A stretch of 62,926 bases of DNA, counting the filler, from Octopus bimaculoides (Eukaryota): the NCBI RefSeq assembly GCF_001194135.2. It is 3 parts of 2 records of this genome, joined end to end, with 100 filler letters (N's around TTAATTAATTAA, not from the genome) between each part and the next. Parts side by side here need not be neighbours in the genome. Positions count along the whole stretch, not along the records: positions 1 to 30,698 come from NC_068998.1; 2 more parts are not named here. One strand, 5' to 3'. This document shows, one piece after another, positions 12,660 to 25,242 of the stretch (positions within the stretch are counted from its first letter, which is position 1; the number at the start of each line of letters is the position of its first letter). The notes beneath the pieces were generated by a model. It was not told the DNA's origin. It did no database searches and was given only the letters and a program-made list of their open reading frames with translations. A program made the translations under genes and the position numbers.

Positions 12660-13049
12660 NNNNNNNNNNNNNNNNNNNNNNNNNNNNNNNNNNNNNNNNN
12701 NNNNNNNNNNNNNNNNNNNNNNNNNNNNNNNNNNNNNNNNNNNNNNNNNNNNNNNNNNNNNNNNNNNNNNNNNNNNNNNNNNNNNNNNNNNNNNNNNNNN
12801 NNNNNNNNNNNNNNNNNNNNNNNNNNNNNNNNNNNNNNNNNNNNNNNNNNNNNNNNNNNNNNNNNNNNNNNNNNNNNNNNNNNNNNNNNNNNNNNNNNNN
12901 NNNNNNNNNNNNNNNNNNNNNNNNNNNNNNNNNNNNNNNNNNNNNNNNNNNNNNNNNNNNNNNNNNNNNNNNNNNNNNNNNNNNNNNNNNNNNNNNNNNN
13001 NNNNNNNNNNNNNNNNNNNNNNNNNNNNNNNNNNNNNNNNNNNNNNNNT

Positions 13050-13315
13050 AAGGATGTTAAGCAAAATACCCATGTTTCTAAAGGTGAATTATTCAAACCC
13101 CAAAGAACTCCTCTCAACACATGGCTATGATGCTCCCCCACTACTTCAGCTCGTGATCAGAGATGCACATATCGTCAGCCACCAAGGGGCATACTCAACT
13201 GGTTAAGGTCAAACAACTCTCAAGCAAATCTGTGGTATTAAGCAGAATATTTGCTGTAGCCCATCTGTTATACCAAGACAAAACAACGTACATGATAACA
13301 CTTCCAATCAATTAA
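13050..13315. repeat. Unclassified dispersed repeat (family F), copy 1
   Basis: Aligns by eye over about 240 bp with 37453-37700 (gatgctccccca...gctcgtgatcagagatgcacatatcgtcagccaccaaggg). Confidence 0.85.
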
Positions 13316-13319
13316 GATC

Positions 13320-13327
13320 TTATTATG

Positions 13328-13377
<50 letters not shown>

Positions 13378-13399
13378 GATGATGATGATTATGATTATG

Positions 13400-13430
<31 letters not shown>
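13320..13430. repeat. (TTA)n/(TGA)n tract
   Basis: Direct reading. Confidence 0.95.
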
Positions 13431-13431
<1 letters not shown>

Positions 13432-13650
13432 AGTCGCGAACTGGAAGAATCGTTGGAGCGTTGGAGAAAAGCTTTGAAGTATTTCTTCCGGCACTACGTT
13501 CTGCGCTTAAATCCCACTAAGGTCAATTTTCAACTGCTTCCACAGTTTCGGGATCGATAAAATAAAATACCATTCAAGTACTGTGGTCGCTGATATTACC
13601 CAACTCACACTACTCAAAATTGCTGGCCTTGTGCCAAAATCTGAAATATT
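13430..13650 (+). mobile_element. SINE family A, diverged, tail type 1
   Basis: Head gaactggaagaatcgtt, body tttcgggatcgataaaataa, tail gctggccttgtgccaaaat. Confidence 0.8.
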
Positions 13651-14029
13651 TTATGCTTCTGATTTGTTGAGTGGAATGGATTAAAGCTGAAGATAAGGTC
13701 AAACTTTTATCCCTCATTAGTCGATGAAATACTTAGCAGCCAAATGCTGGTGTTGATTCAGTTGTCGATACACTCCCACTGTTTATTGTCATTCTTATCA
13801 TTTGTCGAGTTTGTATCTCATGTTTTTTTATCTTCCGTGACCTTTGAAGAGGAAGGGCAACATCGATGGATTTAAACAGAGAAAAAGGACAACAGCTCTG
13901 TCTGTTGTTGGACCTTGACTGAATTTTGTAAAAAAAGCTCAAGTCGGTGGCCCAGTGCAAAAGCTTACAACAGAATGGGCGTTTAGCTCAAGGTACATAA
14001 GCTACAGTTGGTGGTGTTAAATTGGCCAA

Positions 14030-14238
14030 ACGATTAAGTGAAGTACTTTTACTCTTTCACTCTAGTTTATTATTTACATTGATAACATCACTCCACTCTA
14101 TCGTTTTCTTTTCTTTCTTCTCCTATTCATCTTCACTCCACTTCACTACATTTTCTTTTCTTTCTTCCACCATTCAATTTCATCCCCACTTCGCGTCACT
14201 TTTTATCATTTTTTTCAATTAACTTCACTCCACTTTAC

Positions 14239-14311
<73 letters not shown>

Positions 14312-14400
14312 CATCTCTCATTCAAATTCTCTCTATTCCACCTCACTTCACCACGTCTCTCTCTTATCTCTCTTCACATTGATTCACCTCTCTCATTATG
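14030..14400. repeat. CT-rich low-complexity region with (CT)n
   Basis: Direct reading. Confidence 0.85.
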
Positions 14401-14785
14401 CTTGTTTCATATGTGTCTTCTTTTTACTCACAATTTTTTACCTTTCATTTTTACTTCCTGTGAAAAGCATTTTCAGTTTCTTCCTTCCGCAGTAAGCATT
14501 GTGAAGAACAAAAGTTAATCTCCCAGCAAGTAGAGTGTGTGACACAGTGACACGTCTGCAATCCCCAGTTGAAACTGCTTCACTTTACTAATGACTTTAG
14601 GAAAGCAATAGGCCTCCTCCCTCCTCTCTCTCTCTCCTTCTCTCTCTCTCTTTCTCTCCCTCCCTCTCTCTCTCTCTTTTTCTCTCTGTATCCTTCTTCC
14701 TCTATTACTCCCTCCTCTCTCTCTGTGCCTGAAACGTAGGGCATTTGTGTATATTCTGAAAGTAAATAATATTTCATTAGATTTT

Positions 14786-14995
14786 AAGGCCAAAAGCTGG
14801 CAGAAAGGTTAGCACGCCAGGCAAATGATTAGCAGTATTTCATTCGTCTTTACGTTCTGAGTTCAAATTCCACCAAGGTCGACTTTGCCTTTCATCCTTT
14901 CGGAGTCGCTAAAAAAAAGTACCAGTTTGCACCGGAGACGATGTAATCGACTTACCCCTCCCCTAAAATTGGTGGCCTTGTGCTAAAATGTGAAA
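14786..14995 (+). mobile_element. SINE family A, tail type 1
   Basis: Full head, body and tail. B-box-like gagttcaaattcc. Confidence 0.9.
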
Positions 14996-15215
14996 AAGGC
15001 GGTGAGCTGGCAGAATCGTTAGCTCGCCGGGCAAAATCTTTTGCGGTATTCCGTCTGACGTTACGTCTTAAGTTCAAATTCCGCCGAGGTTGTCCTTACC
15101 TTTCATCTTTTCGGGATCGATAAAATAATTACCAGTTGAGTGCCGGTGTCGAGGTAATCTATTTACCCACTCCCATGAAACTGCTGGCCGTGTGCCAAAA
15201 TTTGAAATCAATATT
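14996..15215 (+). mobile_element. SINE family A, tail type 1, head-to-tail with the previous copy
   Basis: aaggcggtgagctggcagaatcgttagc...ggccgtgtgccaaaatttgaaa. Confidence 0.9.
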
Positions 15216-15611
15216 TTATTAAGTTTTAAACAGTACCGAGTTGAGAGAAACAGCTGAACCTCTGACTAAATCCTTTGCAACATTAGGATTTTTCTACGTT
15301 CGGAGAACGAATTCAGTCGCGATCATCTTTCATTTTAATCGCTTAAATAAATACATAGGTAAATTTACTCAACTGTGTTACAGATTGTAAAATTAGTGAT
15401 AAGGCGAATATGAGAAATTAATATCAAGTGTCCATATTGTGATCGGTGAATGGAGAAAGCGACGGGATTTAAGGGAAGATAAATGTAATAAAACGCACCA
15501 TCAGTGTGGTATTTCAAATAAGTTTGGTAAACAGTATACTGTAAGATGAAGTTTTGAGAGTTTGTTCTCAATGAACGCAAAATGGGTGTTCAAAGACACA
15601 CCCATTCAATA

Positions 15612-15832
15612 AATATTCTTTTCTACTATAGGAAGAAGGCTTAGAATTTTGCGGGAGGGCTAAGCCAGTTACACTGACTCCAGTGCTCAGCTGTAATTTA
15701 CTTTATCGAAACCGAAAAGAGTAAAGGCAAAGTCGACTTCGGAAGAATTTGAACTCAGAAGGGGAAAGAGCTTCGAAATATGTTACACATTATATCCGAC
15801 TTGTTTAACGACTCTGCTCACTCGTTGCCTTT
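15612..15832 (-). mobile_element. SINE family A, diverged
   Basis: Contains aaaggcaaagtcgacttcggaagaatttgaactcagaa. Confidence 0.8.
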
Positions 15833-16737
15833 TCATGATCAATGAATATTATAGGAATTATTGTATGGTGAACAAGTGCTGCATTATAAAAGCAATGCTG
15901 AGCGCAAGACCTAGTATGATTCTGCTGAAGGCAAAACTAAAGCTTAAGTAATCATTTATGTCCATGTATGCTCTATATTTATATTGTCGGTAAGGTAACT
16001 TTGTTTCATCATGGAGAAGTAGGTAGAAGAAAGGAATCAGTAAGATAAATAGGACCAATGCGACTATTTTTGGACAAAGCTTGATTTTGTGCTTAGGAAA
16101 TCAATACTAATAAATATAAAGGAGTACAAGAAATTTCTCAACGAGGTGAGACTCGAAGCGATTTGAAATCATGATAGAAACGTATTTCACTTCAACCAAT
16201 GTTCCCTTGGAGAAACCATGAACATCAAACTGTTTTAACTTCACTCAAAGAAACGAGTTCCTATACAGGCATTACCAGTGTTATGAAATCATTGTATTCT
16301 TAAAAATCTCATACAAACACGGAGTTCTGTAACGCGAAATGTATTACATCTTTCATTTGATTTCTGGGTAACATTGAAGTCAATACGAAAAGAGCTTTCT
16401 CGTCACAAGACTTCACATAACGGTAAGATTTTCAGAAGCTCAAAGTTGCCAGAGCGCAAGGAGATTTTCAAAAGTTTAAAACGGCGAACGTCTTTCAATT
16501 TATTATTATATCCCTACGTGCGCACACCTGCGTCTGTTGCTGAAATTGCACGTCTGCATTTTTATGTACAGTTATGTGTTTAATTTTCTGCCTGCGTATG
16601 TGTACCTATATCCATAACTATGAGTATGAATTTATCAACCTTCATGTGCATAAACTTATACACATGCTTATATGTGGATGTATGGACTGCCTACATCTAG
16701 CCGTGTAAATTTACAGAAATGTTTGTATTTGAATTTA

Positions 16738-16750
16738 TATATATGCGTGC

Positions 16751-16785
<35 letters not shown>

Positions 16786-17070
16786 CGTGTGTGTGTATGT
16801 GTGTGTGTGTGTGTGCGCGCATGCGTGTGTGTGCGTGCATAGGTTTATGTATTTCTGCTTGCAGGCGAATGTGTGTACCACTGTATGCATATGATTGCAT
16901 TTGATTTTATGCATGTGTGTAAATTTATGCACAAGATGAGCGATTATCTGTGCATGCGTCTGCGAAGATTCATGCAGTTTTATGTGTATAACTTTATACA
17001 CATATATGTGTCCGATTGTATCTGCATGTATGAGTGTCAATGCATGCATATAATTTTATGCACATGTATA
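16738..17070. repeat. (TG)n and degenerate TGCA/TATG tract
   Basis: Direct reading. Confidence 0.85.
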
Positions 17071-17439
17071 CGTGCAGGTTTATGAAAAACAAGGGAAAAT
17101 AAGAGAAATGGCAAATTAAAGAAACAGAAAAGAAAACGGATTGTGGAGACAGAGATAATTAAATAGTAACTAAGATCGCCAAAGTTAATTAAATATAATT
17201 CATTACTTGAGATTTTAGTCAAATTCAGCACCTAGAATAGGACCGTGTACCAAATTATTCTGTGACCCTGAGGGCATTTGTTGATTCGAACACGTCACTA
17301 ACAAATGACGCTTTATGGAGATAATTAATCCAGCAGGTAATAACTAATCCGAACCCAGTTGTAATGTCAGAGGATCTTCCTTCCTATTGATTTCTGACAA
17401 TCATATATTACATGATCTTCCTACATATTACAATGGTAC

Positions 17440-18140
17440 AAGGATGAGGGTGAGTAGGAGTGATGGCTGGAGAGGTAGTTTGGAGTGGCAGTAGTGGTTG
17501 TAGTAACAGTGGTGGTTATGGTGGTGGAGAGTCGGTGGGAGTAGGGTGGTTATAGATTTGTTTGTGACGGAGGAGTGGATTTGTAGTTGCAGATGGGGTT
17601 GTTAACTGCTAGTAGTCTTGGTGACTGCAGTGGCTTTGGTGTTGGTGGTGTTGGTGTCCGCGGTGGCGATGGTCGTGGATGGGGAGTGTAGATACTGATG
17701 GAGGTAATCGTGCCTACTGAAGCTGATGGTGGAAGTTATGGCAGCAGGTGAGAGAACCGTAGCGTAATAATAGTAGTGGTGAAGATATTGTTCTTGGTTC
17801 TATTGTTGTTTAGACTCAGACTAGCTCTGATCGAGTGTATATCTATTACTAACAGAAATCTAACCGTGACCATCTTGTCTTTCCCATGTGCTGGTAACTC
17901 AGGATTATATTGTTCAATGCGTTGTCCGTTTCTCAGTTAGACGGATTCGATCTGAAAGTTGGTTGTGGTGGGGGTAGATGTTGTTGCTGGTGATGTTTGT
18001 TATTGTTGCAGTAGCCGAGGCAATGGTAGTTACAGGTGGCATTAGTTTGCAACAGGGAAGTAGTGCTGATAATATTACTGGTATTTTACGTAGATATGTC
18101 GATGACAGAAATGATGTGGCTTGGGTTAGTGATGGGGGAG
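17440..18140. repeat. Degenerate GGT/GTT/GAT trinucleotide-derived low-complexity region
   Basis: Direct reading. It includes a reverse family E piece at about 17805-17950. Confidence 0.7.
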
Positions 18141-18754
18141 GGGTAAAATTAATTCCTTGCTGTCGAGAAATATATCGAGCTGTTGACAGATATCTGTGAA
18201 TTGAATGAATTCAATATGAGATCGAATGTCGTGAGTCAGCTAACATATGTATTAGATAATTAGGTAATCAGAAAGACCGAGACAGAGCTTCTATCTTAAT
18301 AATAAAGCCGATTTCGATAATAGAGGACTATGGTCAGAGGTGAATTCAGGAATAATTTCCTCTACTCTTCTTCGTACCCAACAAGGTTTCTAACTTAAAA
18401 CGCAAATTGTAAATGAATCAGTCGTTAATTAATTCCTTACAATCCATACTTTCTCATGCCCATGTTATTATTTACAACCAGATTTTCCGCATCAGCGAAA
18501 ATTAAGTGCTTGCTACGTACACAGCGTAGAGAGGGAAGAGAAAGTATGAACCATCAAACCTTTTCTATATAGGTCGATATTCTATCAACTTGTTCTCAAG
18601 CCAGCCACTTTCATACTCCAATCAAGTATTTCTTATTAGACTGACCTGTTTTCAAGTTACCATACTTAAATAGTAATTACAAATATGAAATATAGTTTTC
18701 ACAGCGTTCGGGATCTGCCTGCAGATGCGACAGTGTATCGAGCTAAAGTGAATT

Positions 18755-18955
18755 TCTATGATGTCGCTTGATCTGTTAGAAATAGCTGCCACATTTCCCT
18801 CAAATCACACTGCACTCACTTAAAAAGGAAGTACACAAGAGATAATGTAGTTGTAGGTGCATTCTGCAGAAGATAATGGCAGGATGACCATGGTCTGAAT
18901 ATCTTAATTAATGGGTCTGTTCTGTCACTGCTCAAGTGAGGCTAAATGACAACAT
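18755..18955 (+). repeat. Old dispersed repeat (family E)
   Basis: ttgatctgttagaaatagctgcc...ccctcaaatcacac...aaaaaggaag...gaggctaaatgacaac. Homologous to 58165-58405, 6365-6520 and 60280-60400. Confidence 0.7.
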
Positions 18956-19334
18956 TCACAAAAAAGAAAAAAATTATACCTCCCGAAAAGGAACAAAATG
19001 ATGGTTATTAAAATGTATTTACTAGGAAATCCCGCAAAAAAAAACAGACGATATGTCCAGCTGAATATTAACTCAAAATATAAACAAGAAAAAACTATAT
19101 TCTTGTGTTAGGTTTGAAGGTCTAAACTTCTGATCGTCCTTCCTTTGTATCTCTACAATGCATCCCTAAAAACATAACGAACCAAAAGAAAGAAGTTTGA
19201 TAGCAAATGCATTCAAATCTCCTAAATAGCACAGCCTCATTTCTTAAATAGGGATTGGATGGTTACGGTTCGAGTGTCTCCGATCACAGGTGTACTTGAT
19301 TAGGAATAAACTGAAGCTAACCACAAAACTCTCA

Positions 19335-19552
19335 ATTCTAATTTTGGGCACAAGACCAGCTACTTTTGGAGGAGTAGAAAGTTAGCTACATCAATCCTAA
19401 TGTTCAACTGGTGCTTATTTTGTTGATCTCGAAGTGATGAAAGGCAAAAAATTCGACCTCGGCAGCACTTGAACTCAGGACATAAAGCCGAAGAAAATGC
19501 CGCTGAATGTTTTGTCAGATGCAGTAATGATTCTACCAGCTCGCCGCCTTAA
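19335..19552 (-). mobile_element. SINE family A, tail type 1
   Basis: Ends in ccagctcgccgcctt (reverse head). Body atgaaaggcaaa...cgacctcggc. Confidence 0.85.
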
Positions 19553-20782
19553 ATTGCGTATATAATAAGTTATAACTCTTGGTTTACTCTCTGCCTCCTG
19601 TCGTCTCTGTCATTGAAGTGTGAGATATTTCAAGAAAACGATCGTAGGTTGATGAAACGAAACACTGCGACCTGTTTGCCAGTTATTGCTGTGCCTATTG
19701 TTCAATATCGAGTAAATAACAGTCTTTTTTTTATATGCTTCAATGAAAGTTCATCTGTCTAGACCTCGGCCTGAACAGAGTAATATTTGAGACAGTCTTT
19801 TTCACAGTAAACGAGAAGACAGCTGATGCGGAAGGCCATAATTAAACAAAGCTTAAAATATTCCTTTCAGCTAATACAGTTAAAAAGAACGAAGACATTT
19901 TACTGTTGGCCCCTGTGCTACAAGGGTTATCGACAAATCAATAATTTTCTAAAAATCTACTAAGTTGTCCTACTTCAATTATATCTCAAAAGGAAACAAA
20001 TGTAGTGTGCAGTTATGAAAGGCCACATAATATAACAATCAAATTAATATTTTCACTCGTCACTGGTGTTTTTCATGTTGCTGCTGTCGTTCGTATCGAT
20101 GTTGTTGTTGTTGTTGCTTAGCTAAATTCTAGTTCTAATCGAGCAGATTAAATTGTCCAATGTAACCGGCCTTGTGTTTTAAGAAGGCAAGGTACAATTT
20201 GTGGGGAAGCTGAGCGACCATGTAGTTTCTCCTCATTGATACATTGAGTTGTTGCTGAGGTGTTGCCGTTGGAATTATTGTTACTGTGGTTGCTATCGTT
20301 GTTATTGCTACTACTTAATTTCTCCCAATCTGTTTATCGAACCGCTAAGCAACAGAACGTAAAGGGACGCAATATCAACAGCAGTACCATGTGGTAGAGC
20401 AGTCTCAATACATAGATGAAAAATATATACATACAGAAGTATACACATGCGTACGTATATATATGCGTACGTATACACATGCGTACGTATACGCACACGC
20501 ACAAAAACAACATATACACATCTACCTTTAAGCAATACCGACAGATTCATATACAGTTTGACGTGCAAAATATTGATGAAATCAATATTATGTGTATGTG
20601 TGTACATGCATGTGTATATGTGTTTTGTATATGGAAATGCCTGTATGTATACGTATATATGTGTGTGAATGTATGTATCTATCTATGTTTGTGTTTGTGT
20701 ATATGTGTGTATGTATATATAGGGAGAGAAAAAAGAAAAAGAAATAGATTATATGACGAATATTAAATGTAAACTTAGTCTT

Positions 20783-21135
20783 TTCTACAGCCTAACTAAA
20801 ATACACAGGAGTCAGATAATTAATGAAGCCTGCAAATAATCATCAGAGTCATATACGTAAATATCCTAACACCAGAAGATTTAAAGTTAAGACGCAGTGT
20901 AGCTGGCCCATCGTGTGAAACCCACCGCCTAAACAACTTTCTATGCGTCCTACTGAAACCTTTGTTGAAATACATCAAAAGTTTCATTAGACGCGATCTA
21001 GATATAGTGAACCACCTGCCAAAAACAAATAATGAAGAGACACTGATGGTTTCCTTCGATGTTACTAATCTTTACACCAATATCCCACATGACTACGGAA
21101 TAGAAGCAATAAAATTATGTCTGGAAAAGTATCCC
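20783..21135 (+). mobile_element. Penelope-like element RT fragment
   Basis: FYSLTKIHRS...DLKLRRSVAGPSCETHRLNNFLCVLLKPL...MVSFDVTNLYTNIPHDYGIEAIK. This matches the YxLPKIHK, RPIV and SFDVxxLYTNIP motifs of PLE reverse transcriptases. Confidence 0.85.
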
Positions 21136-21178
<43 letters not shown>

Positions 21179-21190
21179 CAGCAGCAGCAG

Positions 21191-21244
<54 letters not shown>

Positions 21245-21265
21245 TATCATCATCCTTATCATTAT
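21136..21265. repeat. Compound (GTA)n-(GCA)n-(TCA)n microsatellite
   Basis: Direct reading. Confidence 0.95.
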
Positions 21266-22149
21266 TTCAAGTCAGTAACGATATTTGTAAATTCTGCACA
21301 CTCACCCCACGCCGAATTTCATTTCTCGGATTTTGCAACATCTGCCAAAAAAAGGAAATTTGCTTAAAACGCAAAAATGAATACGAGCTACTTTACCACT
21401 CTCAAAAGTACATTAGAGTTTAAAACAAAATTATGATATATAATGCAACCATAAAAATGTATTCAACACGAATCTCTATATGTTCTAAAAAATAATCATA
21501 AAATCTTAATGCAGAAAACTCATAAGAATAATTTATTCGTTATTATAGACAAAGATAAAAGCATTAAAAAAATTAACATTGTACTAAATGATAAAAGTAA
21601 ATTAATAAGAATTAAGAAAGCTAGCGCATTTCAGTTAAAAGTTAATTTTAATTCTACAGCACACGCATAGATAATTTTCCATTTACCACACTGAAAAACA
21701 ATCCCTGCTTATACCTAAAGAATTGTAAATATTCACAAACAACTTGTTCGTAATTCATTATTTCTCTAAGTAACTCTCCAAATATTTGCAAAATATCAAT
21801 AAACATTAAGATAATGAAAATGTAAGTTAATAAAACAAGTCTAAGAGATTTTAGAAGCGATCACGTGGGTAGGATTTCTACCTAGGATAGAAGTCGAAAT
21901 AATGTTCACCAATGGAATGTGGAACAACTAACTGGCAAAATGTTGGAAGATATGTGCAAACACCCAGTAAACAGGTCACCCATTGGTGGAGTCAGTAATT
22001 AGAAATACCAGCCAGTTATTCCCGAATTCTCCCTATACCGACTTAGAAAGGAAGAACACGTTGCTATGTGGTCCTAGATACTATATGTCCAAACATAAGA
22101 ATGATGAACACGATTGTAACGCTTTTCCTCATAATATTTTGTCATTCAT

Positions 22150-22374
22150 AAGGCGGCGGCGAGCTGGCAAAACGTTAAGGACGCCGGGTGAAATGCTTAG
22201 CGGTATTTCGTCTGTCTTCACGTTCTGAGTTGCAATTCCACCGAGTACGACTTTGCCTTTCATCCTTTCGTGGTCGATAACTTAAGTACCAGTTGCGTAC
22301 TGGGGTCGATCTAATCGAGTGGACCCCCTCCCCCAAAATTTCGGTCCTTGTGCCTAGAGTAGAAAAGAATATTT
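22150..22374 (+). mobile_element. SINE family A, well preserved, tail type 1
   Basis: Clearest + copy: ggcggcgagctggc...ttgcctttcatcctttcgtggtcgataa...ccttgtgcctagagtagaaaagaatatt. Confidence 0.92.
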
Positions 22375-23079
22375 TGTGTTTCAGGGCTGACCTGTGGTTA
22401 AACAACAACTACGTGTTATATGGCAAATGAGCCAACAAAATAGCGTCTGCATGGAAATCTGGTCTGGAAGAAATAAGAGCCAAACGCCTTCAAATAACAC
22501 TTCCTTACTTTAAAAAATGCAAAAGTACGTTAAGCAATAAGACGCTGATATACAAAAAGGTAGAACTGTTACGGATGCAACGTGTTATATAATGTCCTTC
22601 AATAAAAACAACTGCTGAACTATAGCAAAGATCTCATTCGTTTTTCAAAAGAACAATGGATATATTCAGGAAATTTCTGACGTATAATATATAATACTAT
22701 CAGATTTACCATCTATATAATATGCATAATATGTGTACTGCAATTTCAGGAAGAAGGGTCCATTGTGGACATGAAAAGTTTCGACTAATCTATTTTTAAT
22801 TACAAGCCCTCTTGCCTAAAGTAATTTCCAATTCATTTTGGGTCCTTAGAACTCTGAGACAAAAACTATTTTGCATATTTAATCAACACGGTGATGTATT
22901 TCACAGTTATGCATAAAAGAGAGATGATTGTGAAATACGCCAACATAGCGATATAAAAGACAACTGGAACTATGCATGATAAGTAAAGAAGACAACTGAA
23001 AATGATATGAGAAGATTAAGGAAGAGGGGTCTGATAGAAAGGTACAATACGTGACAAAGAGGAGATAAAAGCTATAGAA

Positions 23080-23210
<131 letters not shown>

Positions 23211-23212
<2 letters not shown>

Positions 23213-23560
23213 GTCTGTGTAGTTAAGAAGTTAGCTTTGATTTGGGGGTTAGTCCCATTGTGCGGCATTTTGGACAAGAGTCTTCCACTATAGCTCCGGG
23301 GGAACCAATGACGCGTGAATGAATTTGGTAAACAGAAACTATGTGGAAGCCTTTTATATGTATGTTTGTGTCTTTACGTCTGTGTTCAGTCTCCTATTGT
23401 TTGTCAACAAGTTTTGATTTGTCTGCGGTTTGTACCTAAACAGTTTGGCAACAGAGACCAATAGCATAAGTATCAAAGATACGAAAAGGACTCGTGTCGA
23501 TTTTTTCGTCCCCAATCCTTCTTCGCATGGCCTCTCCCCAAATATCATTCGGCATAACGC
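23211..23560 (+). mobile_element. tRNA-derived SINE family B (CORE-like), old copy
   Basis: Diverged match to 56784-57125: ttagtcccattgtgcggcattttggacaagagtcttccactatagc...tttggtaaacagaaact. Confidence 0.75.
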
Positions 23561-25242
23561 AAATTTTTGATTTATTAGAATGAAACTCCGCCTTTGTCAT
23601 AATAACCAGATATCATTAATACCAGATTCACTTTATTATAGAGGAAGAACAATCAAGAATTTCCAACAGTTGACATGCCATGTATGTGTGTGTGTGTGCA
23701 CGCGCGTGCGTGTATGCGTGTGCTCTTGTTGTACAAGCGCTTATCTCTATAATCTAATGACGTGGATGTCTACTTATATTAACCTCATTTATCATTTCAT
23801 CTACTGAAACCAGTGAGAATGTTCAGCTGCAAGTCAAAAACAATTAAAACTTTGATCGGGGAATGCCTTATCCCACAAAGTGATCTGCTCAATCCAGTGG
23901 AAGTTATCAACTTTTATCTGACATCTTTCCGCCAAACATCCAGATCTGGAACGAGACTGAACAGGAATGGAATGTCAGAAATGTCACTGACAATGAGTAA
24001 GCACAAAGAAACAGCAATCACCTCTGGTTAGTTAGCGAAGATGTAATTGCTCCAGTTTTCTACACTCTCAGTTCAAATCACAGCGTGTTCAGATTTGTGA
24101 TTCAATAGATTGATCTTTACGGAGATCAGTAGATTAATCTTTACTGGAATCGACTTTAGTCTTTCTCTTTACCATTATTCTGTCTGTTTTTTTTTCTTCT
24201 TAAAGATGTCAGCTATGGCTTAAACTAGAGAAAAATGAGTTCCACCGGATTTAAAAAGTGCATGAAACATAATGACACGACGACATCCATACTACAAGAA
24301 TTGAAAGCCAAGACAAGACTACGTATATGATTGCACATGGATTTGCATTCTTTAGGGTGTTGTTTTAATTTCTTTATTTATTTATCAAAACGTGAAGGAA
24401 GGAGCATGCGCAGATCCACCTTCACAAGAGTGATGTCATTATTTTTTCCGTTGAATATTTGAGCGATAACATTTGCATGAAAGACATGAGCAGTGAGAGA
24501 CTTGCATAGGGACGACGTTGTAAGTAGGAAGAACTTGGTGTACTACGGCTTCTGGGGGTCCACATAACAAGAGTGAATAGATTTTGAGTAATGAGTGGGG
24601 ATTGGTTCATATACACAGTAGTAGTAGTATTTAGGAACAAAAGCCATTAAAAAAAGTGGCAAGAAAATTCCAGAGCCTGGAGCGTGTCAGTGAATAAAAC
24701 AGGTAGTCAGAAAACTCCCACCTCTTTTCTTTTTTTTTTGTGCATATCAGTAGGATACAAATAATGTATTTACATTCCTCTTACTTTACCTACAGCTTTT
24801 ACTACTTATTGGCGGAGAAAACAGAGTGCGCCTTCTCCGAGAAGCGATCAACAAATCGCGAAACGGTCTGTCAAGAAACTCCACACTTTTGTTCGGTAAA
24901 TCAAATCCAGAAAAGGAATGCGTTTACATTCTTCACGCTTCACCAAACTTTGTAATATTTAAATATATATGTTGGTGTCTGTGTGTTGTGTATGTCTATT
25001 TACATTTATAAATATAGATAAACAAATTTCTTTTCCTCTCCTCGGAATCCCGAAACTTTCAAAGATATAAATATATTTTCTTTTAAAATTATTTACTTTT
25101 TTAATTCAGAATTGTATTCTTTTACCAATGCTAGATTAATGTGTTAACTATAAGGATTTTAGCAAGATTTTTGGATGGAATAAATCTGAAACCAAGTGAT
25201 AACGAATCGACATTCTTAGCAGCACAACAATGTCAGCACGTG

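Noticed and set aside
16097-16145. 49-nt segment between gcttag| and |gtgaga
   Set aside because: Two open frames, neither recognisable, with AT-rich background composition. Expected by chance.
18175-18245. Small AT-rich hairpins (also about 41290-41325, 46455-46492 and 51590-51604)
   Set aside because: The stems are short or heavily bulged, within chance expectation for this base composition.
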